From Haliotis rubra (Eukaryota): a DNA stretch of 64,000 nt. This document shows positions 51,881 through 64,000 of this stretch, piece by piece; positions within the stretch are counted from its first letter, which is position 1, and the number at the start of each line of letters is the position of its first letter. Location: the NCBI RefSeq assembly GCF_003918875.1, contig NW_025766447.1, forward strand, positions 930,001 to 994,000. Reading direction: 5' to 3'. Under the pieces are notes generated by a model. It ran no database searches. It was not told the DNA's origin and saw only the letters and a program-made list of their open reading frames with translations. The translations under genes were made by a program, and so were the position numbers.

Positions 51881-54370
51881 AGAGAGATACTCATGAATCT
51901 GGTCCACAAAGATACATATGTAGACAAGTGTGAATTGTCCATGAAAAGATGATTGTGTTGAGAACAATGACTTGTCCACACAATCATCATCAGGCATCAC
52001 ACTCTGGTCCACATGAACATTATCATGTTGTCCACACTAAGGGAAACATGTTGACTTCAACAAAGATAATCCTGTATATCCTTGCTACTAACCAGAGGAG
52101 AGCTTACAACTATACATCAAAGGCATATCTATAACAGGTATTCCTGGTTTCATACCCCGGAATCTATGCTGAACAGATAGTGGGAACATGGTAGCTGCAA
52201 AACTGCCTGGAATGACTTCAAAAGACTTACCTGTCACTGTGGTAACAGTTTTGTCAATGGCTTTTAATAGTGCTGATTATTCAATCACATTTGGCTTGTA
52301 TTTACTTGTAAATGGAATATACATATATGTATCAGATTGGTCCCTTGGTAAAAACATTGTACAAAATGAAGATGTCAGTATGAGAACAGGCAGTGTTGTG
52401 ATGGGATACTGGCAGTACCTACAGGTAGTTAGCTTACCTGGGGTGGTGGGGTTAGCGGTGTGATCGGTGGGGGGAACTTGATGCATAGTTAGATTTGTGG
52501 GCGGAACTTTGTAGGCAAGGCTGACAAAATGATTTGGATATTTTGAGACATGTAACTTTCAGGTTGGCCGTATAGTGGACATTTGGAGAGCTAATGTTTA
52601 GCTGTTGACAAAAGGGTCTGTGATATAGGGACGATGCAGGTCAGTGAATGTGACTCGGCAAATGTGAGTCATTGTGTGAATGTGTGAGTAAAATTCTTCC
52701 CGTATTCTCTGACTTAAAATATTTTATAATCATAGCCCCCTAGCTAAATTATGGAATACTTCAAAATAAAAATTCAAAGTGAACGTTACAGATTAGGGTT
52801 ATGGTTAAAATGTGCAAGGGTTATGGATGGTAAATATTCCAATGTGGGTCAGGGTCGGTGAAAGTTAGTGGGTGAATGGGGGTGGTGACTGGTGGTCAGT
52901 GAATGTCTGTGTGGGTCAAGGCATCAAGGTGAGGGCAACAAGCACTGTGACTTCAAGAACACTGGAGCTGGTCTTAATCTAAGGCTGATGAAGCACCTCC
53001 CAGTAGCAGGATGGTCTTTGGAAGGTGGGGCTGCACACTGCATGCTCCCTATAGACATTGCAACTGGCAATTGGGCTGGCAGCCAGTGAGCTCACACCGG
53101 GCTGGAGGTTGACATGAACATATTGTGGTCATTGAATATGTGGACGGAAAGAGGCCATGGAATGATGCTTCTGTTGTACACATCTTGCCGACTAGGTATC
53201 AGATGTAAAATGACACTGGGAATTTATTACAAACTGCTGCAAAAAGTTAATACTGAACACAACCAGAGACAACTGACGGTGGTGGGGATATGTGATTATG
53301 TGACATTCCACAGGATTTGAGCTGACATTATGAAGGCAGATGTAAAAGTGGCCACGCTCTGTACTGACAGCAAAAGGTACTCGTTTAAGTCTCATCCTGG
53401 AAAGGTTATAGACAAAGACATGAAGGCACCCTGGTTGCCATGGTTACTGAAATAGCTGAGGGCATGCTGGCATACAAAGGCATGAAAATATAGGCCTCTT
53501 ACATGACACACATATTCTGCTTCTGATACTAACAAACCTGCATGAAATGGCAATTAGCATATCTATGTAATGAATGAGGATGTCCTGGCAATGCTCAATG
53601 GATGCCAGTGGAGAGACACATGACCTCGTGCTACTCTAAGAGACAGGCTATCAGGTAAGGCACTACAATACTTGTCACACCATTTTGATTTCTTCTTTGA
53701 AGATAAATGCTTACTGTATCACATTTGAGCAGGGATGATGATTCACGTCTGTCGTGAAAACAATACAGCACTGTTGATGATCTGCATAATGGTAAACACT
53801 GAAAAGGGGAGACAACTCAGTATCTACCCTTGTACAATGATATTGATCTGGTCTAAATAAAGGTCATTAGTGTTGAGTTGATAGGGAAATAAACAGCTGA
53901 AATTTGTCTATACAATAGCGTGGTCCCAGGTTTGGAAAAGAATGTTTAGCTTGTATGTCAAACACTCGGGCACAAATCAGTTGTCAAATCAGACAAAAGC
54001 CAGACAACCTGAGACATGTTAAGAACATTTAGGATCACTGGGGTGTAGAAAAAATAAGGTTTCCAAGAAAAAGTAGTCATGATTTTAGCATGATTAACTT
54101 ATGGATTTGATGAAAATATATCATCTTTTGCATCACAAACATTTTTATCACATGATTTGACACATGACAATAATTGTCAGTGACAGGTGAAAACACTGGC
54201 ATCATGTTAATCAGATTGGTGGAATTTGGTTGAAAACATCCTAATGGTTGGCACTGGCTTCGTGTTAGACACTCAAGGTCAGTGTCGAACATGTAAGGAC
54301 ATTCTATGTTCAAGCAAGATGGCGAAGTACCATGTAAGACTCAAGGCAAAGCACTTCAGTCATGTTACAA

Positions 54371-54480
54371 ATACATAAGCACTCCAGTCATATGATAGAT
54401 ACATAAGCACTCCAGTCATATGATAGATACATAAGCACTTCAGTCATGTGACAGATACATAAGCACTTCAGTCATGTGAC
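54371..54480. repeat. 28-bp tandem repeat x4
   Basis: ATACATAAGCACTYCAGTCATRTGAYAG. Confidence 0.9.
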
Positions 54481-56002
54481 ATGCCACCCATTCATCTGAA
54501 GGTGAGTCAGCAAGGGTGTGTGGTGGTGGGTCTTCTTTTGTCTATGGCGTTTTTTAATGCACAGTAGTAAGAAGAAAGTTGACACTCATACATATAACTG
54601 CTTTAAAAGAGGATTCTTTAACTGACATAGTCATGACTGCAAATGTCTGACATAACTTTCTGTTCATAGACACAAACTAACAGACAAGGCAAAGAGAACT
54701 AAGGGAGGTAACTCTTGCGGCTCTCACACTATACCGGTACCACCAATGGGTCCAAGAACTCAAGCTAAAATAAAGAAAGAGATCAGTTGACTTGTAAATA
54801 ACATAATGCAAGTTGCTGCACCAGGTTCAATCTTGTGAAAAATATAACCCAAGTTTGTACTGAATATTTCATTTCAAGGGAGATTTCATTTGACGCTTTT
54901 AATGTTAGTACCCACGAATTAATTATGTCCATAGGCATCACGGTGGTTACATAATCACAATACATACAAGCGGCGTAAGTAACATTAATGTTCGGACAAA
55001 GATCCTTCAATATACAATATTTGGGCACACAAGGCCACAAAGGCCTAAACAGATCATGTACAAGAATAGCAGCCTGTTCTACTTGGGCAGGGCTCAATAG
55101 AATTCATGAAGCACACAGCCATTTGGACATACTCCTTTTCTAATCAGAAACATGACCTCTTTAATAGTATGAAGAAATGATAAATATAATAATAAGAAAA
55201 CCTCTTGCTTTTAACAAATAACTCATTTATCTTGGCAAAAGGTGGTAAGTAGAAAAGATTTGTTCTTTTAATGAGTTTGTGACCTGATAGTATGAGGTAC
55301 CTAACATGGTGAACAAGTTGTCAATGAAGTGTACTGAGGATGTTATACGCACCAAAATACCACAAAGCATGCTAACATCCCAGCACATAGATAGGAGGAT
55401 AGCTGCAGTTCACACACACACTGTCACACATGATCACACACACACTCACACATTAACACAGTGAAAGGCAGGAAGATAACACCATGCCAAAAGTAGCCAA
55501 CAATCTTCAAATACAGATATAGGTATAATATTACTGGTGTATTAATGTGAACACAGGCAATCAATAAAACCATTAAAAACGGGTGTAAATGTACGAAAAT
55601 ATCAGTATTGGTCCCTTTTGAATTATGAATAGCAGAAATATATGGACAAATGGTGTAATGATTTCTGGCCTTAAAAATGGCTGCCACTGGTATAATCTTG
55701 TATGGTGACATCAATGTTTCACACTGGTGTCTGGTCTCTGTGCAAAGCTTCAATGTACAAGCAAAAGCTTTGTTTTCAAAACAATTGTTCTCAATTTTAA
55801 CTTTGTTTTACCATATTACCATATAACAGGATAAATTTTCAGAAAAGATTCAATCCTGAATATAAACGAGCCATTTCATTAATGAGCAAAATAGTTTTAA
55901 AAAATGTTGGGGTTTTTTCATACACAATCTTGATAACATTGCCTTGGTCAACTTTTGCAGATCAGGACACATGGGAAGGGTGGCAACTCTTGTCTCACCA
56001 TC

Positions 56003-56170
56003 TCACTTGCTGACCGGTGTGTCTGAACGTCCATCTGTGTCAAAGGAATCATTTTCTGACGTGGAAAGAGAGCTGGAAGTACGGAGACTGTCAAGGTCAT
56101 CCCGGAAGTATGGGTGACGGAGTGAAGCACTGGCACTACTTCGTCGATGTGGGTCAAAGGTAAGTAGTCT
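56003..56170 (-). CDS. CDK6: Cyclin-dependent kinase 4/6, last coding exon
   Basis: Acceptor TTTTGTAG|, phase 0. RLLTFDPHRRSSASASLRHPYFRDD...TPVSK* is kinase subdomain XI. It lies in a different frame from ORF 55948..56157. Confidence 0.9.
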   Translation of the reverse strand, partial: RLLTFDPHRRSSASASLRHPYFRDDLDSLRTSSSLSTSENDSFDTDGRSDTPVSK

Positions 56171-56452
56171 CTACAAAAGATGAAATGAGTTGGATACTAA
56201 ATACTGCTGACGTAAAAAAACAATTCACAAGAGCTCTGCAGCTCACCGTCCTTGTGAAGGAAGTCATTTTATACCATGTCTACTCTATCTTCAACAAAAC
56301 AACTATCAGGTGTCAGTACAAAAGATTCTTGGATAAAGAAGAAGAAATCATTTCAACATTAGTGTTTGCCACTGATATGGTAATCAATGTCCCCTGCCGC
56401 TAAAGAAAGGAATATTAATAAAATATTTACTACTTTTTATTTTTTGTTCAAA

Positions 56453-56764
56453 TACAAGATGCCTGAAGTGACTTGTGTCTGCAATAATCACCCAATGTAG
56501 GCTGTCGACATAATTGAAGACATTGGGTGCAATGTTTTATGAGCGATCATGTTTACACAAGTTTAAAAAGTGGTCAAAGTGTCGTGGTGACATTGATGAT
56601 AAGGTCAAGGTCACCCAAATCGACTGGTGTCTGCGTAACCTCCCAAAGTAGGCTGTCACCAAATTTGAAGACATTGGGTACAACAGTTCATGAGATATCG
56701 CGTTAACAAGAATCGGGACGTACGTGCAGGTGCGGCTGAATACATAGTCCCCCGTGGGGGACAA
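56453..56764 (+). mobile_element. Short Helentron/pearl-like non-autonomous element
   Basis: Starts ACAAG, contains AGGTCAAGGTCA and a partial internal duplication (GTAGGCTGTC...TTGAAGACATTGGGT x2), and ends in the hairpin GTCCCCC-GT-GGGGGAC. Confidence 0.6.
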
Positions 56765-57455
56765 TTAATGAGAGACAAAGGCCCCAGTACAATCTTTAAT
56801 AGTAGACCCTCTTTGAAGCCCTGTATGTAAGTAGCTCTTGCCTTGATGACCAAATGCTTTGATCAGCACCGGGGTAACCTTGGATTACTGACACTAACCA
56901 ATATGTTCCAAATGTTGTCCAACTCTGTGGGCAGTTTGGACCAGCTTGGTTGGAACTAACAGAAAGCCTTTCCCAATGCTGCATTTACCAATTCTTTTCA
57001 AAGTCATTACGGGCTTCCATGCCAACCATATGTGAAAACCACCTTTTCGACAAAATATTGTGATGTAACATGGTGTAAGGGTGCTTCGGACACTTTATGT
57101 GTACCACATCTCCATGAGAATAGTGCACTCCAAAGAATAATCCATGTTTTCCATAAATGATTTTGTTCTGTTAGGAATTGTGGTTGATGCAAAGATAAAA
57201 GACAGTAAATAGCAATTAGCTGTACACAAATTTTCTCTTAATCTACCAATGATTTGGTGACAACATACCCAATGACATACGGTCAAAGAATAGTTATTCA
57301 ATAATTAGAAAAAATATCTGGAACTACCATGTTATCCGAATAATAATTTCCATACCATATTATTTCAGTTGCAGGTTTTACAACATGTGCTTAAAATAGT
57401 AATAATATCATTCCACTTGAGAACACTTCAAACGTGACTCCACTGATATTAATGT

Positions 57456-58541
57456 AACAAGAAGACAAAGTCATCAATATCCCCCGCAATGGCAAAATAC
57501 TCTTCATGATTATGTCTACAAGTTCTGATTATGTAAAATATTTAGGTGTGTATATAGAAAAGTGGAAGGAGAGTATTGAAAGTTCTGCTCCAGAAAGGAG
57601 CACTATCACCAATTTCAGTCTATGTCAAACTTGTTGCGATGGAAATGCCAAAAATATTTTATTCAGAAATTCAAAACTACCAAAAGGCACCAGTACACCA
57701 CCAGATCTATCTATGTGCCAAGTTTGGTGAAGAAACATTGAACGGTTTTAGAGTTCTGCTCCGGAAAAAAGCACTACCACTAATTTCTGTTTTAGTCAAA
57801 CTTGTTGCCATGGAAACGCCAAAAATATTTTATTCAGAATTCCAAAACTACGAAAAGGCACCAGTACACCACCAGACCAATCTATGTGCTAAGTTTGGTG
57901 AAGAAATAGTGAACGGTTTTAGAGTTCTGCTCCGGAAAAGAGCACAACAACCAATTTCAGGCTAAGTCGAACTTGTTGCTATGGAAATGCCAAAAATATT
58001 TTATTCAGAATTCCAAAACTACCAAAAGGCACCAGTACACCACCAGACCAATCTATGTGCCAAGTTTGGTGAAGAAATAGTGAACGGTTTTAGAGTTCTG
58101 CTCCGGAAAAGTGTACTACCACCAATTTCAGGCTAAGTCAAAACTTGTTGCCACGGAAAAGCCAAAAATATTTTATTTAGAATTTCAAAACTACCAAAAG
58201 GCACCAGTACACCACCAGATCTATCTATGTGCCAAGTTTGGTGAAGAAATAGTAAACGGTTTTAGAGTTCTGCTCCGGAAAAGAGCACTACCACTAATTT
58301 CATTCTAAGTCGAACTTGTTGCCATGGAAACACCATAAAAAAATTATTCAAAATTCCAAAACTACCAAAAGGCACAAGTACTCCACCAGATCCATGTATG
58401 TGCCAAGTTTGGTGAAGAAATAGTGACTGGTTTTAGAGTTCTGCTCCGGAAAAGACAAATGTGCACGGACGGACGGACGCACACACGCACCGACGGAGTC
58501 CATTTTAATACCCCCGCATAACGCGTTGCGGGGGATAACAA
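57456..58541 (+). mobile_element. Helentron-associated (HINE/pearl/DINE-like) element with five ~171-bp central tandem repeats
   Basis: AACAAG start; subterminal IR TATCCCCCGCAA (57478-57489) / TTGCGGGGGATA (58526-58537); GAGTTCTGCTCCGG at 57751, 57922, 58093, 58265 and 58436; (GACG)n tract; 3' hairpin CCCCCGCA-N8-TGCGGGGG. Confidence 0.82.
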
Positions 58542-58962
58542 TAGTCAATTAAAGTTTGAAAAGAACTGATTGATTAATAGATCACAAACAAAGTCCAGAT
58601 ACACAGCTAATACATCTTAAAACCACATACAAAATTATGCACTTTAGTGCAGATTTGGTGACATGGTACTGTAATAATGTCAGTATGTTTGGAAAAACAT
58701 CAAAACTCATTGTGGTGTGCATAATGCACCCCTCCCCCGTCCACATTGCACTCTGTCCACCCAGCTGTTCAAAATGGGTACCTGAGAAGCGGATGATCGG
58801 ACCTATACGGTCGCATGAAGCCCTTAGTAGCGGCTTTGAAAGTACAATTCCATCAGGGTAATAATATAACGCTGGAGAGCAGCATCGTGTTGGATTCTAG
58901 GCACAAAAATTAGCATTATTATTATTATTATACAACAGAGGGTTGCTGACATTGTCTCTCAC

Positions 58963-59098
58963 CTCCAGGAGGTCCTTGGCCTGATGATCAATTTCTGGAA
59001 CAAACTTTTCTAGGGGTTGCGGGGCAACTGATCGGAATGACTTCCATGGCAACGAGACATTTTCTGGCCACTCATGTTCAGATGGCAGTCCAATTGCT
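58963..59098 (-). CDS. CDK6: CDK4/6 exon (subdomain X)
   Basis: Acceptor TTCCAG|, donor GAG|GTGAGA. Reads (E)AIGLPSEHEWPENVSLPWKSF...PLEKFVPEIDHQAKDLLE. Confidence 0.93.
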
Positions 59099-59483
59099 CT
59101 GGAATACAAGTGAAATGTGTGGACATTGTATCACTGGGTTCTCAAATAACAATGAAGGTGCTTGCATTACCTGTGAACACAGAAGTCCACCCAATGAAAA
59201 CACCCCCTTATGTTCATACATATTAGTTTCCATCAAATTCCAATCACACAGGAAAAACACTGGAAGATGTTATGAGCAAATTCCAATGACAATTGAATCG
59301 TGGAATCTGGTTTGACACGGACCCTGATCACACAATCCGATTTAGTAGCTTCACGGCAAGCAATGCAGTGTTTCGGACATACCTTGATTCAACAGCACAA
59401 CATCGGTATGATGACAGCTATGATGAAATATGTCCCGTTTGAAAAAGGCATACTTAACTAAAAATACAACATCTGGAACTTAC

Positions 59484-59644
59484 TCAAATATCTTTATCAA
59501 CTGGTCGACGTCAGATTGGCCACAAAACAAAGGTCGTCTGTTGAAAAGTTCAGCAAATATACAACCACAGCTCCAGAGATCGACGGGCGTTGCATACTGG
59601 CCTTGAAGTAGCACCTCCGGGGCACGGTACCACAGCGTCACCAC
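59484..59644 (-). CDS. CDK6: CDK4/6 exon (subdomains VIII-IX)
   Basis: Acceptor GGCAG|, donor GA|GTAAGT. Reads [53 protein letters not shown]. Confidence 0.96.
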
Positions 59645-59863
59645 CTGCCACACAACACAGTGAACCTCACTAACCCTTCACAACAGGCAGGGATTTATCT
59701 ATAGGTGTTTGGAGGTCAGTGTTTCACCCCTAGTCTGCAGCAAATGCCATACCATTCCCAAATTGGAATTGGAAAACATCCAAACGCACCTCATGAACAT
59801 CATAAATAGAGGCATGGCTTTGCAGAGGAGACAAATATTTTACTGATAACAGAACCAATGACT

Positions 59864-60100
59864 GTTTTGGTTTGTTTAACGTCGCACTCAGCAATATTCC
59901 AGCTATATGGTGGCGGTCTGTAAATAATCGAGTCTGGACCAGACAATCCAGTGATCATAAGCATGAGCATCCATCTACGCTATTGGGAACCGATGACATG
60001 TGTCAACCAAGTCAGCGAGCCTGACCATCCAATCCCGTTAGTCGCCTCTAACGACAAGCATGGGTTACTGAAGACCAATTCTAACACAGATCTGTACGAG
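59864..60100 (-). mobile_element. SINE family B in a CDK4/6 intron
   Basis: Minus strand reads ...TTAGAATTGGTCTTCAGTAACCCATGCTTGTCG...GGTCCAGACTCGATTATTTACAGACCGCC...GCTGGAATATTGCTGAGTGCGACGTTAAACAAAC. Homologous copies lie at 27.3, 30.0 and 39.1 kb. Confidence 0.82.
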
Positions 60101-60369
60101 TCCACAACGAATGAGGAGGAAGAAGATGTCATATTTTGTGTTATAGTGATGTAACCATGGTTAAAACGTGCCAAATGTACAGTGAATACTCCCAAAACAT
60201 ATCTGTGAGATCTCTGTCCCTTTTTCTAAGAAAGCATTTAACTAAGTGAGTGATTGCAGCATCAGGTTATAATTAATGACATAGTATATCCTTTGTGCTA
60301 AAGCACTGACAGATTCCATTTGCAATCTAACCTATATATAACTCTGCTGTTGTCATACACGATACTTAC

Positions 60370-60537
60370 CACTGATGTGAGCGCCATCTGGAAGCTGTAA
60401 ATCCTGGCTAGACCAAAATCTGCCAACTTGAGTTGACCTTGACTTGTGATGAGGACATTCTGAGGCTTGAGATCTCGATGGACAATACGATGGGCATGCA
60501 GGAAGTCAACCCCACTCAGCAGCTGGTGCATCAAGTC
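60370..60537 (-). CDS. CDK6: CDK4/6 exon (catalytic loop, DFG, T-loop); upstream exons lie beyond the window
   Basis: [69 protein letters not shown] is the CDK6 T-loop. AAG| acceptor, GTG|GTAAGT donor. Confidence 0.96.
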
Positions 60538-61233
60538 CTTTGAAGCAAAAAAGTATTCTGAATAGGTTTAAGACTGATATACTATTTCCCTTGATGAAAT
60601 GTGTACAACATAAATATTTATCACATGAGATGTGTACAACATAAGTATTTATCACATGAGATGTGCACAACATTATACAATTATAGACTCTTGTAGAGGT
60701 CTATCCGAGTGATCTGATTGGCTGAAAAGCGGGGGAAGCCCCTTCGTATGGGATCCCTTGTCTATTTTTAGTAACCCAAGTCAATATCGTAATTTATCAG
60801 AAAACTCAAGTCAATATCGTGTTTTGTAGTCAATCATGTGACGGTCTTTTGACCAATTGTGGTACAGGAAAAATACTACCTATATAATAAATGTATTTAT
60901 CGCATATTACATGAACAGTATTTGCAAGTATCCCACACGATGCCCTCAGTTTAAGAACTAACTTAGTACGTACGCAGCATGACTGTTTGTAACGAATTCC
61001 AATAAAAAAAAATTAAAAAGATAAAATGCCCTTGATTTGTTTGTTTAATCAAGATGATGTGAGACTGCAGACAAAAGGAAATGTTCATAACATTTCCCTT
61101 GCTTGACCACTGAACTAGTTACATTAATCAGAAATGAAACAGAAATTTAAATTGACAAAGAAAATATACTAATGGCAGAAAAAACTCATGACAGTCAGCA
61201 TGTGTTGCAAGTTCAACTCCATGCATGGTAGTG

Positions 61234-64000
61234 ACCAGACATTCCCTAGATGTCAACCATCCCCACAAACATGTGCTTGTACCACCAGAGTGTCAGCCAG
61301 TTGTCTCCTACCCATCTGGGTCACCAGACATTCCCTAGATGTCGACCATCCCCACAAACATGTGCTTGTACCACCAGAGTGTCAGCCAGTTGTCTCCTAC
61401 CCATCTGGGTCACCAGACATTCCCTAGATGTCAACCATCCCCACAAACATGTGCTTGTACCACCAGAGTGTCAGCCAGTTGTCTCCTACCCATCTGGGTC
61501 ACCAGACATTCCCTAGATGTCAACCATCCCCACAAACATGTGCTTGTACCACCAGAGTGTCAGCCAGTTGTCTCCTACCCATCTGGGTCACCAGACATTC
61601 CCTAGATATCAACCATCCCCACAAACATGTGCTTGTACCACCAGAGTGTCAGCCAGTTGTCTCCTACCCATCTGGGTCACCAGACATTCCCTAGATGTTG
61701 ACCATCCCCACAAACATGTGCTTGTACCACCAGAGGTTCAGCCAGTTGTCTCCTACCAATCTGGGTCACCAGACAGTCCCTAGATGTCAACCATCCCCAC
61801 AAACATGTGCTTGTACCACCAGAGGTTCAGCCAGTTGTCTCCTACCCATCTGGGTCACCAGACATTCCCTAGATGCTCCACCATCCCCACAAACATGTGC
61901 TTGTACCACCAGAGTGTCAGCCAGTTGTCTCCTACCCATCTGGGTCACCAGACATTCCCTAGATGTCGACCATCCCCACAAACATGTGCTTGTACCACCA
62001 GAGGTTCAGCCAGTTGTCTCCTACCCATCTGGGTCACCAGACATTCCCTAGATGTCAACCATCCCCACAAACATGTGCTTGTACCACCAGAGTGTCAGCC
62101 AGTTGTCTCCTACCCATCTGGGTCACCAGACATTCCTAGATGTCGACCATCCCCACAAACATGTGCTTGTACCACCAGAGTGTCAGCCAGTTGTCTCCTA
62201 CCCATCTGGGTCACCAGACATTCCCTAGATATCAACCATCCCCACAAACATGTGCTTGTACCACCAGAGTGTCAGCCAGTTGTCTCCTACCCATCTGGGT
62301 CACCAGACATTCCCTAGATGTCGACCATCCCCACAAACATTGTGTTTGTACCACCAGAGGTTCCGCTATTTGACACCTACCCATCTGGGTGATCAGACAG
62401 TCCCTAGTTGTCGACCATACCACAAACATGTGCCACCAGAGTGTCAGCCAGTTGTCTCCCTACCCATCTGGGTCACCAGACATTCCCTAGATATCAACCA
62501 TCCCCACAAACATGTGCTTGTACCACCAGAGTGTCAGCCAGTTGTCTCCTACCCATCTGGGTCACCAGACATTCCCTAGATGTCGACCATCCCCACAAAC
62601 ATGTGCTTGTACCACCAGAGGTTCAGCCAGTTGTCTCCTACCCATCTGGGTCACCAGACATTCCCTAGATGTCAACCATCCCCACAAACATGTGCTTGTA
62701 CCACCAGAGTGTCAGCCAGTTGTCTCCTACCCATCTGGGTCACCAGACATTCCCTAGATGTCAACCATCCCCACAAACATGTGCTTGTACCACCAGAGTG
62801 TCAGCCAGTTGTCTCCTACCCATCTGGGTCACCAGACATTCCCTAGATATCAACCATCCCCACAAACATGTGCTTGTACCACCAGAGTGTCAGCCAGTTG
62901 TCTCCTACCCATCTGGGTCACCAGACATTCCCTAGATGTCGACCATCCCCACAAACATTGTGTTTGTACCACCAGAGGTTCCGCTATTTGACACCTACCC
63001 ATCTGGGTGATCAGACAGTCCCTAGTTGTCGACCATACCACAAACATGTGCTTGTACCACCAGAGTGTCAGCCAGTTGTCTCCTACCCATCTGGGTCACC
63101 AGACATTCCCTAGATGTCGACCATCCCCACAAACATGTGCTTGTACCACCCAGTCTCCTACCCATCTGGGTCACCAGACAGTCCCTAGATGTCAACCATC
63201 CCCACAAACATGTGCTTGTACCACCAGAGGTTCAGCCAGTTGTCTCCTACCCATCTGGGTCACCAGACATTCCCTAGATGTCGACCATCCCCACAAACAT
63301 GTGCTTGTACCACCAGAGTGTCAGCCAGTTGTCTCCTACCCATCTGGGTCACCAGACATTCCCTAGATGTCAACCATCCCCACAAACATGTGCTTGTACC
63401 ACCAGAGTGTCAGCCAGTTGTCTCCTACCCATCTGGGTCACCAGACATTCCCTAGATGTCAACCATCCCCACAAACATGTGCTTGTACCACCAGAGTGTC
63501 AGCCAGTTGTCTCCTACCCATCTGGGTCACCAGACATTCCCTAGATATCAACCATCCCCACAAACATGTGCTTGTACCACCAGAGTGTCAGCCAGTTGTC
63601 TCCTACCCATCTGGGTCACCAGACATTCCCTAGATATCGAACCATCCCCACAAACATGTGCTTGTACCACCAGAGGTCAGCCAGTTGTCTCCTACCCATT
63701 CCCTAGATGTCGACCATCCCCACAAACATGTGCTTGTACCACCAGAGGTTCAGCCAGTTGTCTCCTACCCATCTGGGTCACCAGACAGTCCCTAGATGTC
63801 AACCATCCCCACAAACATGTGCTTGTACCACCAGAGGTTCAGCCAGTTGTCTCCTACCCATCTGGGTCACCAGACATTCCCTAGATGTCGACCATCCCCA
63901 CAAACATGTGCTTGTACCACCAGAGTGTCAGCCAGTTGTCTCCTACCCATCTGGGTCACCAGACATTCCCTAGATGTCGACCATCCCCACAAACATGTGC
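61234..64000. repeat. 89-bp intronic satellite, >30 copies, running off the window end
   Basis: The unit ACCAGACATTCCCTAGATGTCRACCATCCCCACAAACATGTGCTTGTACCACCAGAGTGTCAGCCAGTTGTCTCCTACCCATCTGGGTC repeats almost perfectly. Confidence 0.98.

Noticed and set aside
51273-52012. Cys-rich repetitive ORFs up to 224 aa
   Set aside because: They are translations of the 38-bp minisatellite in rotating frames.
55948-56157. ORF MTHIDEVVPV...
   Set aside because: Wrong frame; the CDK subdomain XI frame is 56003-56170.
61188-63973. Many 77-177 aa ORFs (MSTIPTNMCLYHQ...)
   Set aside because: They are translations of the 89-bp satellite, whose unit length is not a multiple of 3, and they lie in an intron.

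Overview
AT-rich, intron-containing animal DNA. The SINE and Helentron-like repeat content suggests a mollusc or other lophotrochozoan, but that is an inference. All recognisable genes are on the minus strand. (1) The first coding exon and promoter of an unidentified gene with an acidic, Ser/Pro-rich N-terminus (~8.8-9.55 kb). (2) A spliced gene for a single-pass membrane protein with one extracellular WSC domain and a Cys-cluster, Ser/Arg-rich tail (33.6-41.4 kb). (3) A full-length but disabled Ty3/Gypsy LTR retrotransposon (43272-49784) with short LTRs, a 4-bp TSD, a tRNA-Ala primer site, a PPT, gag, PR, RT, RNase H and an integrase ending in a chromodomain. (4) The last four coding exons of a CDK4/6 kinase (56003-60537). 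Between these lie two SINE families, several MITEs (one with a nested SINE), two Helentron/pearl-like elements, a LINE 3' fragment and many minisatellites. The least expected signals are two hammerhead-ribozyme-like motifs (one intronic and sense-oriented, one with a U3-A8 covariant core), the chromodomain-bearing tRNA-Ala-primed Gypsy element, and a recurrent AGGGRGRYAACTC-like motif that also occurs twice in each LTR. I found no CRISPR array or prokaryotic system. Most short ORFs in the track are noise or repeat translations. Coordinates were counted by hand and may be off by a few bases.
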